Assembly: GCF_016433145.1 (NCBI RefSeq)
Contig: NC_058132.1
Coordinates: 204,201,682 to 204,265,681 of the forward strand
Direction: 5' to 3'
Source of the DNA: Gracilinanus agilis
Taxonomy: Eukaryota
DNA length: 64,000 nucleotides
Shown here: positions 1 to 21,700 of the stretch, one piece after another
Position numbering within the stretch: the stretch's first letter is position 1
Layout of the letters: each line of letters starts with the position of its first letter
Position numbers and translations under genes: made by a program
The notes under the pieces: generated by a model
Seen by the model: the letters and a program-made list of their open reading frames with translations, nothing else
What the model was told of the DNA's origin: nothing
The model's database searches: none

Positions 1-10523
<10,523 letters not shown>

Positions 10524-12046
10524 AGCTCCCGCTTCCTTCCAGCTGCAGCAGGAAGCCCTGTTCCTGTCTACCCCACCTTCCAGCCCATTGGGACTGTTTT
10601 AACCTCAGAGACTTGGGAGCTGGTTGCTGGTGCAGCCAGCCTGGCCCTGCCCTGCCCCACTCCTGTCAGTCCATCTGCTCCAGGATGTCCAGGTCCACCT
10701 GGAGGATGTTGGAAGGCTCTAAACTTCCTCTCTCAGTCCCATCACCTCTCCTGTGTTTTGATGCAGTTTGTGGCTTCCTTCTCATCTCTTCCTCAACACC
10801 TGCATGCAAGGGACATTTGTTGGGCTAGGATAGCTCCCTCCTTCCCTTCCTCCCATTCAACCTCCCTTTCTCTGCTCAGAGCCCTCTTTGCCTCCTACTG
10901 TCCTGGGGGTGGGGGGGCACCTGGGTTTCTACCAGAAACTCCCCCCTGACCACTGACCAAAGTGCCCCCTCTGTTCCCCGGGGGGCCCCACCACACACGT
11001 GTTTGTAAATTGGGCTGCAAAGGGTTGTTTTAGTACCCAGGGCTGGTCCCTGGCTGGGTTCCCTGGAAAGTCCCCATTATAAAATTGAGCAGGGGGAGAC
11101 TCTGGTAGTCAGACCCCTTCCACCCCCAATTCTAGGCTGCTGGAACAATCTCTTGAGGCAGAGGCTGGAAATTCTGTCTGTGACTATCCCGCTCAGGCCC
11201 CAGGGAAGGTAAGGCCTGGGGTCTTAAGGTGCCCCATCCCCCTTCTCCAACTTCCTTTGGTGGGGGAATGGTGCACAGTGGCACCTTAGCAATAATGCCC
11301 GTTTCTTTTGCCCATGTCCGAACTGGAGAATGCACTTTATTTTGGGAGGTGGAACGGTGGGGAAAGGCTGAGGGGATGACCTTGATTCTGCCCTCCTATC
11401 AACTTATGGGCCAGGCCTTCCCATCCCCTCTCCAGATTCATAGGCATATGCCCGCAATCATCACTTGGCCCTGGGAGAGGGACGAAGTGGAGGGTGAGGT
11501 GGACATCACCTTCTAAAAGCTCTGGGCAAGTACAGTTTTTGCTCAGGACCATCCTGGGGATCTGTGTGGATGACTCCTCTCCAGTATTCTCTCCCTCCAC
11601 AAAGCCAAGGGCAAGCACAGGGCACACCCTCCACCTGTATTTCAGGACCTGGCAAAAGCACAGGCAGCTGGCACAAGTTGGCCTTGGCCAGCTCCACCAG
11701 AATCCCTTCTTCCTATGCCCTAGGGCACGCCTCCCTGGGGCTGGCACCCCCTACACCCCCCCTTCCCTTTCCTCTCTGCTGCTTGGTTCAAAATTCTGAC
11801 CACCCTGTGCCCTCCTCCCAACCAGCCAAGGCTGCCCCTGGGCACAAGAGCACCACCTCCTGGGTGCCAGAGTGACAGATGCATCCAGAGCATTTCTGGT
11901 TTCCCTGGTAGGGGTCAAGGACCCCCTGCTGCTGAGCTCCCGGGCCTGGGTGCTGAGCCTGGCTCCAATCCACCCTTCCCTACCCCCCACAGACCAGTCT
12001 CCTGTCATGGAGATGTCAGTGTATTTGTGGGATTTCACTCATTATT

Positions 12047-12052
12047 AATAAA
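12047..12052 (+). terminator. ABCG4: ABCG4 polyadenylation signal AATAAA (3'UTR about 1.5 kb, 10524 to about 12070)
   Basis: AATAAA in ...ATTATTAATAAAACCTATATTTATAC, followed by a GT/T-rich downstream region (about 12075-12240). Confidence 0.75.
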
Positions 12053-13260
12053 ACCTATATTTATACGGTACTTTAGCTTCTTTGTGTCTGGCTGCTGCAG
12101 CTGGAGGGTCTCTGAAGCGGCTGGTGTGTGTCAATCAGTTGTATGTTTGCCTGTGTGCTGGTAAGGGGTAAATGTGTATGCTATCCCTGTGGCAGTGTAG
12201 GGGATGTATTCATTTTGGATGTGTGTGTTCTGTGTTTGTTGCNNNNNNNNNNNNNNNNNNNNNNNNNNNNNNNNNNNNNNNNNNNNNNNNNNNNNNNNNN
12301 NNNNNNNNNNNNNNNNNNNNNNNNNNNNNNNNNNNNNNNNNNNNNNNNNNNNNNNNNNNNNNNNNNNNNNNNNNNNNNNNNNTTAGGATCAATACTGTCT
12401 ATTGGTTCTAAGGCAGAAGAGCAATAAGGGCCAAGCAATGGGAACTAAGTGACTTGCCCAGGGTCACCCAGCTAGGAAGTGTCTGAAGTTGAATTCAAAC
12501 CAGGACTTCTGGACTCTAGTTTGACTTTTAATCCACCAAAACACCTAACTACCCCACTGTCTGTCTGTTCTTTACCTGATTTGTGGATATGGCGGCATGT
12601 GTCAGCCTTTAGTGGTCCTGGTCTATTGACTCTGTAGGCTCTGTGGGGGCTGCCCCATCTGCCTTGTGCAAGCATAGAAATGTAGGGGGCTGGGTAGTGG
12701 GGAAGGGGAGAAGTAGGAAGTCCAAGGGAAGGAACCTAGTCACTAGCTGGGATGGGGAAGAGGCTTTGACCCCAGGATAGGGGAAATTTTTTTTTTTAGG
12801 CTTAAATTGTTTTTTCTTTTTAATTTTTTTCTTTTTAATTCAGACTATAAACATGCACACACACACACACAATCCACATAGAAACAATAAGAGCAAAAGA
12901 AACGGATACTATATGAAAAATTGAATGTCCATTTCATATTACTTGCTATTAAAAACATACACACACACATATATATATATATAATTTAAATATTATTTTT
13001 TAAACTTTCCTGCTTGTCTGTGTTTTGCTGTGAATACCTTTCTGTTATTTTCTATGCATTAAACTTAACCCACCAACAAGATGAAAGGAAAAGACCTTTT
13101 TAACAAGCATAGTCTAGCAAAACTAAGAGTGATCACATCCAAATATGTATGTTTCTTTCTGTACCTTGTGGCCTTCAAACTCTGTCAGGAGGAAGGCAAT
13201 TTCACTATAGATTCTCTGGAGACATGGTTGATCATTGTTTTGATATGAACTTCTAAGCCT

Positions 13261-13261
<1 letters not shown>

Positions 13262-13309
<48 letters not shown>

Positions 13310-13346
13310 CATTTATTTATTTATTTATTCATTCATTTATTTATTT
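13262..13346 (+). repeat. Compound microsatellite (TCTA)n-(ATTT)n
   Basis: Direct inspection. Confidence 0.95.
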
Positions 13347-13478
13347 TAGAGTATTTTTCCATGCTTCCATGATTCATGTTGTTTCCCTCCTCTCCTCCTT
13401 CCTGCCTCCCGGAGCTGGTGAGCAATTCCACGGGTGGTACACGTATCATTGTCCTATTTCCATATTATGGCAATAGAG

Positions 13479-13672
13479 CAGTGATTCCCAAAGAGGGCGC
13501 CACCGCCCCCTGGTGGGTGCTGCAGCGATCCAGGGAAGTGGTGATGGCCACAGATGCATTTATCTTTCCTATTAATTGCTATTAAAATTTAAAAAAAAAT
13601 TAATTTCAAGGGGGCTAAGTAATATTTTTTCTGGAAAGGGGGCAGTAGGCCAAAAAAGTTTGGGAACCACTG
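13479..13672. mobile_element. 194-bp hAT MITE inserted in an L1 3' fragment
   Basis: TIRs CAGTGATTCCCAAA / TTTGGGAACCACTG (1 mismatch); perfect 8-bp TSD CAATAGAG at 13471-13478 and 13673-13680. Confidence 0.92.
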
Positions 13673-14047
13673 CAATAGAGTGACCAGCGGGAACATGTTG
13701 CAATGCAAACAGCTTCCCCAGTTCCTGAGTCTCCTCACAGTGCTTCCCCTGAGCAGAATGGCAAGCCAGACCCATTTAGTGAAGTCACCCAGGTACTGTA
13801 GGGCTGAGATTGTGGATTTCCAGGCAGCTACTGGGCAGAGGCAAGCCCTCGGATTATCCCTCCTGGCCAATTTCTGTGTAGCTTGGATGGTATGAGCGGC
13901 ATGAACCCTGGCAAAAGTGTGGGAGTAGGTAACTATCCAAGGTACCCCAAGTATGCCAGGCACAAAATGAGAATCTAGACCTAAGACATTTCTAGGCCAA
14001 AGTGGGAGAGGAAGGAGAGAACTGTTCAGCCTAAAAGAATGGATTGG

Positions 14048-14082
<35 letters not shown>
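14048..14082 (+). repeat. (GT)n microsatellite
   Basis: Direct inspection. Confidence 0.95.
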
Positions 14083-14084
<2 letters not shown>

Positions 14085-14666
14085 CAGAGTATATGGGATT
14101 GTAGTCTGGAGAGTGCTGCCAACTGGTGTAGATGAGCATCTCTTTTCCATTCAATTCAACATTTATTTAAGACCTATGTGTAAAACACCATCCTGGGTTC
14201 AAATCCAGCCTCAGACATTTCCTCGCTGTGTGACCCTGGGTAAGTCACTTGACCCCCATTGCCTAGCCCTTACCGCTCTTTTGCCTTGGATCCAATGCAT
14301 AGCATTGATTCTAAGATGGAAGGTGAGGGTTTAAAAAAAAAAAAAAAAAAAGAAATGTTAGTGAGCACAGGGATGGGTATGCGCCTGGATGTCTCTGGTG
14401 TGTCTGGCGCCGAAGTCAGTGAGGGGGGCTCTGGAACACTTCCTAAAGGAGCATCTGGCACAAGTGCATCATTTGAGGATTGATATGTGGTATGTGCACA
14501 CCACAGGTGACTACAGGGAATATGCATGAGATAGATGTGTGTAGGTGTGCATGCTGAGTGTCTTGTTATGGGTGATGTATGATTGTTTGGGGGCTGGACC
14601 TATGATTTCATTGGCACAGTCAGTCAGTAAGTATTTCACAAAGCATCTACTACTACGTGTCAGGTT

Positions 14667-14922
14667 GGGCAGCTACGTGGCACAGTGCATAGATTGCTGA
14701 GTCTGGAATCAGGAAGACTCATCTTCCCGAGTTCAAATTTGCCTTAGACATTTATTAGCTACATGACCCTGGGCAAATCGGTTAACCCTGTTGGCCTCAG
14801 TTTCCTCATCTGTAAAATGAGCTGGACAAGGAAATGGCAAACCACTCCAGTATCTCTTCTGAGAAAACCCCAAATGGAGGCACAAAAAGTTGGATGTTAA
14901 TGAAAAGACTAAACAACAACAA
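14667..14922 (+). mobile_element. CORE-SINE with RTE/Bov-B-like tail (Mar-1 type); second copy about 26915-27165 (-)
   Basis: CORE followed by GGAAATGGCAAACCACTCCAGTATC...AAACAACAACAA, the Bov-B-like tail described for marsupial Mar-1. Confidence 0.7.
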
Positions 14923-17479
14923 TAAATGTGCCAGCACTGTGCTAAGCGCTGGGGATACAAAAAAAGACAAAACCTATCAGTTACTGTTCCATAACTTAGA
15001 GAGTTACTTAAGGTATCAAGAGGTTGAGTGACTTGCCCAAAGCCACTCAACCACAAAATGTCAGAAGTAAGATAAGATCATCAGAAAGATTATTCTGGAA
15101 GCTTTATAAAAGCTGGTTTTGAAAGAGGAGAGACTAGTTGCAGAAATACCAGTTTGGGGCAGTGAGGTGGCTCAGTGGATAGAAAACCAGGCCTGGAGAT
15201 AGGATGTCTTGGGTTCAAATTTGACCTTAGACACTTCATAGGAATGTGACCCTTAACTGAAATGGCAGAGCCCTTACCACTTTTCTGCCATGGAACTGAT
15301 ACTTAGTATGGATTCTAAGAGAAGGTAAGGGTTTAAAAAAGAAATACCAGCTAGGGGACTATGTGTTACACAAATGGGTGGATTCTTTTTCTATTAGGAT
15401 CAAATGATTCAAAACATATAAAGTACTTTGCAAATTTCAAATCTAATAGAAGTGTTAGCTATTATCATTTGTTACAAGTGTGAGGTCCTTAAGTTGGATA
15501 TTCCCTAACCCTCCCTCAGTTCCTTGATGCTCTTCCCTGCCCTCTCTCAGTAATCTTACTCATTTCCACTGCTTCACTGATCACCTCCAGAGATGACTTG
15601 AATCTCTCTTGGGGCACTAACCTGTCTTTGAAGTTCCATACTTGAATCTCAAACTGCTTGTGACACTTATACTTTGGTGTCCTATTGACACCTCAGACTC
15701 AACAGGGCTAAAAACCCAAGCTTTCGGTGTTTCCCTTAACGACTGTTCCTAATGTCATTATCACTGTCACCATTCACTTAATCCCCCAACTTTGAATTTC
15801 TGGTGTTATCTTGGCTTCATCCTGGCCTCATCAATCACTGAGGTTTCTCTTATCTGTCCCCTCCTCTGAAATCCTACTGTCCTAGCTCAGCCCTGATTAC
15901 TAACTTCCTGGACTACTGCAAAAAGCTTCCTAACTGCTCTTCCTTCTTCACCCTCACCCAGCCCATTTTCCACTTTGCTCCTGGGCTAATCTTCCTCATA
16001 AATGGATTTTGCCATGTTCCTCCTCTGCCTAAAAACTTTTAGTGATTCCTTATTGCTTAATGGAAGTAGTTGCCCAGGTGGAATGACTTAAGAGGCACTG
16101 GTATGTTTTCCTGTTTAAAATACCCTGCCTATCCATGGTGCCTTAAACTTAATTCAATTTGCTAAGTGCCATGCGTGCTGTAATAAGTACTGGTGATATT
16201 CCACTATTAGAAATGACTTTCTTTGGAGTGTTTTTCCTTGCTGTCCTCTTTAAAAATGCAAATAGCTCACATTTCTGTTAAGTTTTATCAAAGTTGTTTT
16301 CTCTCAATACTCATAAGGTAGACAATGCAAATGAGAAAACTGAGGTTCAGAAAAATTAAGTAGGTAGTACTTAGTAAGGGTCAGAGCTGAGATTTTAGGT
16401 CTCTTTCTACTACAAGATGGGAGGGATAATATATTAAATTCATGCTGGGAAGGTCTGCTAGAGTGGCCATGACTTCCTAGTAGCAGAGAACCTGAGAGCA
16501 GCAGAGAAGGCATGCCTAAGGCAAACACAGCCTTTCACAATTGAGGGCTGGCTCTCTAAGAGCTCTTCTGGGATTGCATAGCTCCTTGGTGAGTGAGTGT
16601 GAATGTGTAAGTACTGACTGAGTCTTAGCTGTGGGTGGTGGGTGGTTCCCCTTCAGCTTACATGGGCTCTGGGTGTGTCAGTTCTAGCACTATTTTCAGG
16701 CATACTATTGGGGATCGGGGGTACCAGGGAGCAGGAAGCCCTGGGGGCTGAGTTTAGTTACTAAGCTGGGTGGGGAAGGTCAGACCAGTGCAGCTGGGGG
16801 AGCAAGTTGGGGGTAGAAGCAACTTCCTCTAACCTTCCTCCTATGCCTGGTCACACTGACCCACCCCAAAGAGCCCAACAATACACATGGAACTCAGGTA
16901 AGTCCACTGGATCACAGCTTGGGGTGGTTGAGTCTGTAAACACTATGGAGGTGCCCAGGTGGCAGCACAGATGCTGGGGAGAGATTAGAGAAAGACAGCA
17001 GATTGCCCTAGTCTCTCTCTTCTTGAGCCCACTCCAGTATGGAGTGGATTGCTCTTGGGGGTCCCAGGGAACTCCAGTCTACAATCCTGGACAGGTTAGA
17101 AGGCTGAGCTAGGACCAAAGGAGAGGAGGCACAGTTTTCAGGGATTAGGAAATATTGAACACCCCCTTACCCCCGTGGTGTGGAGGCTGGGAGCCTCCCC
17201 GCTCCATAGTTGTAGGGGCAGGTTCAAATTGATGAGGGAGAGTGGTTAGCTTACTCAGCTCCCAGGGAAGGACTGACTTGGGGACAAGGGTGGGTAGTGT
17301 TGCCTCTCGCAGGAGTTTTAGAGATAGCAGATGCCCTCCCACCAAGGCTATCCACCCTTCTCTTCTCTTTACTCATTGCTTAATTGGGCAAAGGCTTGGT
17401 GGGGTGGAGCAACAACTTCTGCTTTCCTCTGGTTTTTGCCTACAGTTAGGGGAGGAACGATGGCTGGGCAGGGTTGGAC

Positions 17480-17653
17480 GCCCAACAGCCTATCTTGGTA
17501 GTGGAGGCGGAGAGGGGAGGGCGCTGGCCAGGAAGTCTTTGAGGAGCAGGGGACTCTGGGAGCTCTGATCCCAGGAGCTGGCGGCACTGGGCTGGGACTG
17601 GGGCTTAGCTATCCCCCAGCTAGGGGCTGCTCCCCGGGGCTGGGCAGCAGTTG
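17480..17653 (+). promoter_or_regulatory. NLRX1: Candidate NLRX1 promoter / non-coding first exon
   Basis: GC-rich patch with GC-box-like GGAGGCGGAG (about 17503-17512), ETS core CAGGAAGT (17529-17536) and a possible donor TTG|GTAAAG at 17653/17654. The ATG exon has a good acceptor (CCTTACAG|G, 18675/18676), implying an upstream non-coding exon. TSS not demonstrable from sequence. Confidence 0.35.
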
Positions 17654-17707
17654 GTAAAGCCTTTATTCTCTTTCCACATCCCTTATCATTCCCCTCCTGA
17701 ACCCCCG

Positions 17708-18014
17708 CTTCCCTGTGCTTTCCCCTTCTTTTCCTGATGTCCCATAGGTACACGGTCCTGTTCTGACGAGTCAAGAAATGGGGGCACTATTTGGGGCAGT
17801 GCTAAGCTTGTTTCCTTGTGCTTTTCTCTTCTTCCTCCATATCCCCTAGGCACATGGTCCTGTCCTAAGGAGTCAAGAAATGGGGGCACGATTGGGGGCA
17901 GTGCCAGGCTTGCTTCCCTGTGTTTTTACCTTCTTTCCCTGATGTCCCCCAGGAATATGGTTCTGCCCTAGGGAGTCAAGAAGTGGGGGCACGATTAGGG
18001 AAGTGCCAGGCTTG
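17708..18014 (+). repeat. Three tandem copies of a 102-103 bp unit
   Basis: Copies start at 17708, 17811 and 17913; each reads CTTCCCTGTG...pyrimidine tract...AG...GAGTCAAGAA(A/G)TGGGGGCAC...GTGC(C/T)A(G/A)GCTTG. Confidence 0.92.
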
Positions 18015-18744
18015 AGGCTTGGGGGCAAGGACAAGCCATGAAAGAGGCTGGGTATATAACATTGCCATTTTTCCATGTAAGAAAGGCAGGGACCTTTGGA
18101 ACCTGTTTGAAGGCAGAGCATGGTGGGAGGTTTTCCCCTTTATTTTTAGAAGCTGGAGAACTCACTGGGGAGGGCAATTTGGGGCCCAAGTAGGGAGACA
18201 GCAGGTCCCTGAGCACAATGTACAGTAGCTACTGGGATACCACCCTTGTATTTTACCCCATGCCATCATCCTGTCCTACTTTTTTTAGGAGTATGATTAA
18301 GAAGAGAGGGATAGGAGCTCATCCATTCCACTTTTTTTTTTTTAAGAACTATGATGAACAGAAGAAGAATGGGGGTCCGCATTCTGGCTCCCTTCTGCAA
18401 CCTTCTTATTCTTCTTTTGATTCTTGGAATAATTTTTCTTTGACTCCAAGGTCCTTCTAGGTTCCTACTCTAAACATTCTCAGGCTGATGCCTCCTCTAG
18501 TCCATTTGACTAGTAAGAAGTTGGGGCTCAGAGCTTTCTGAGAAAGATCCCTGATTTAAGACAGAGAGTAGAGTCCTATCTAGAGGGAAATGGGGGCAGT
18601 GGTTCCTTAGAGGCTGGGACACAGAGGTTAGTGGATTTGGAGGGAATCCACCACTCAGAGATGCTGTCCTTACAGGTCTGAAAAGCTGGAGCAGAATGGG
18701 ATGCCAGGCTGAGTCTCTTTGGCTCTGATTAACCCCACTCCACC

Positions 18745-21700
18745 ATGCAGTGGCGAAGTCACTTGCCCTGGACCTCTTGGGGCAGAAATTTGAGGGGTCC
18801 ATTTTGGCTAGCAGGTGAGCAGAAAATTGGGGGTCTTCTTCTTTGGTTTGGGAGTTATTTGTGCCTGTCCCATCCCTTCTGTAGGATCTGGAGACTGTCC
18901 CCCCAAAAGAACAGAGGTCTGGTCCCAAGGTTATCACATCCTGACTTCGTCACTGATAAGCTGAGTAATTTTGGATAAGTCATTTAACCTCTCTGACCCT
19001 GAGTTTCCTCATCAGAGAGGAAATTAGACCATGGGATCTCTGTAATCTTTTCCTATTCTGACCTTCATCTTGATTCAATGCCATTTAATTCAATAAGCCT
19101 GCAGTGTTTGAGTCACTAGGCTAGGCAGTTGGGGATATAAAGACCAAGATGAAACAGTCCCCAAAGATATTCTATTTTTGGGAAATAACAGGTGCACAGA
19201 TAAGTATATGCAAAATAAGTATAATGTACATACAAAATTATTTCGGTGGGGGAAACCACTAGCAGCTAGGAGGATCCTGATGGACTTTCAATAAGAGATG
19301 GCATTTGAGTTGAGCTTTTTTTTTTTTTTTTTTAATTCTTACCTTCTGTCTTAGAATCAATTCTGTGTATTGGTTCCATGGCAGAAGAATGGTAAGGGCT
19401 AGGCAATGGAGGTCAAGTGACTTGCCCAGGGTCATACTGCTAGGAAGTGTCTGAGGCAAGATTTGAACCCAGGACCTCCCATCTCTGGGCCTGTCTCTTA
19501 ATCCACTGAACCACCCAGCTGCTCCCTTGAGTTGAGTTTTAAAGGAAGCTGAGGAGTCTATCAAACTGTAGTGAGGAGGTAGTGTATACCATGGCAGACA
19601 ACCTAGGCAAAGGCATAGAGGGAGGGGGCTAGTTTTTTTTTTTTTTTTAATTTTATTTTTTTTTAAACCCTTGTACTTCGGTGTATTGTCTCATAGGTGG
19701 AAGATTGGTAAGGGTGGGCAATGGGGGTCAAGTGACTTGCCCAGGGTCACACAGCTGGGAAGTGGCTGAGGCCAGGTTTGAACCCAGGACCTCCTGTCTC
19801 TAGGCCTGACTCTCACCCCACTGAGCTACCCAGCTGCCCCCAAGGGAGGGGGCTAGTTTTGCTGGAACATAGAGTGAATGAAGAAGAGTAGTAAGAGGCA
19901 AAGAGGTGGCTCAGTGGATAGAAAGCTAGGCCTGGAGATGGGAGGTCCTGGGTTCAAATTTGTTCTCATAGACTTTCTAGCTGTGTGACCTTGGGTAAGC
20001 CACTTAACCCTAATTGCCTAGTCCTTACCACTGTTCTGCCTTGGAACCAAAACTTAGTATCGGTTTTGAGACAGATGGTGAGAGTTTAAAAAAAAAGAAG
20101 TGGTCAACCTCCAGGAATTGATGCAGAGTTAAAGAAGCAGAACCAGGAGAACATTGTACACAGAGACTGATACACTGTGGCACAATCGAATATAATGGAC
20201 TTTTCTACTAACAGCAATGCAATGACCCAGGACATTTCTGAGGGACCTATGAGAAAGAAGGCTATCCACATCTAGAGAAAGAACTGAGAGAGCAGAAACA
20301 CAGAAAAAAACATATGATCAACCTTGTAGTGTGATAGGGATGTGATTAGAGTGTTGATGTTAAAAGATTACTCTATTGCAAATATGAATAACACGGAAAT
20401 AGGTTTTGAATAATGATACATGTATAACCCAGTGGAGTTGCTTGTTGGCTTTGGGAGGGGGAAGGAGAAAGTGAGGGAAGAGGGGATCATGAATCATGTA
20501 ACCATGGAAAAATATTCTAAATAAAAATTAAAAAATAAAAAATAAAAAAGAAGAGCTCGAAAAGGTAGAATAGATCCAAATTATGAAGGCCCAATAGGAG
20601 GAGTATTTAAATTTTTTTTTAAAGCCTCACTATCTGTCTTAGTCTCAGTGCTAAGACAGAAGAATGGCAAGGGCTAGGCAATCAGTGTCAAGTGACTTAC
20701 TCAGGATCACACAGCTAGAAAGTATCTACTGTGCTACCTAGCTGCTCCTTAATTTTACCTTAAAGAGAAGGAATCTTTTAACACACACACTTATTTTGAA
20801 CTTGACAATTACCAACAAACATGAATATTTCCATGTATGAGCAAAGACAAAGAAAGAAAGTTGCATGTGCAACTATGAATTTACCATGTATATATTGCTT
20901 GGTCTTAAAAAATTAAACATTAGCTTTAACATGGTAGAACCAACATTCATTGCCCATCTTATTTGTCTTCTTTTGAACTTCCTTCTCCTCCTCCTCTGCT
21001 CTGTGTATTTTTCTTTAATTAATGATTTTTTCTCTTTTTTTTTTTTGTGTCACTGTTACTCTCCCCTAAAACACTGTTCCCTTCTCTAATAAAAGCTCTC
21101 CCTTGTAACAAATAAAAATAGTATAACAAAACAAACTTATGTTGTATTGGTTTTGCCTGAAATATATGTCTCCTTCTGAACCTCTAGTCATCAGCCATCT
21201 GCCATGAGATGAGAAGCATGCTTCATCCTATGATCTGGTGCTGAGATAGGCCATTGTATTGGTCAAAGTTATCAAGCCTTCCAAAGTTGTACTTTGCAAT
21301 GTTTTAATTAATATAAATTGTTCTCCTTGTTATTCTCACTTCCTTTTATATTGGTTTATACAAGTCTTTCCAGTTTCCTCTGAACCCATTCAAGAGGATG
21401 TTTTAGGGATATCAATCTGGCAGTGGTGTGGAGGATAGACCAAAGAACAGAGTGATTCTATGATTCTGGGACCTAAGGTTTCCTGTCTGAGGCTCCATTT
21501 ATTTTGGTCATTGAGGGATGTTTTTGGGTATATTAGGATTAGGATGGGACCTAGGGATTGCATAAGGATAGAATGTAATAGTGTTTTCTTCTTTTATTCT
21601 TTGCAGGTAATCATGGCCAATTCCTACTCCACTGGAGTCAGCCCCTCGAAGCCCGGTGTTCTGATTTCCCCTTCAGGTTAGTTCTCAGGATAAGGATATT

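Noticed and set aside
13691-13700. p53-like half site GAACATGTTG
   Set aside because: Single imperfect half site; expected by chance.
17708-18014. Tandem 103-bp units as a CRISPR-like array
   Set aside because: Eukaryotic context, whole units are homologous with no unique spacers, and no cas genes.
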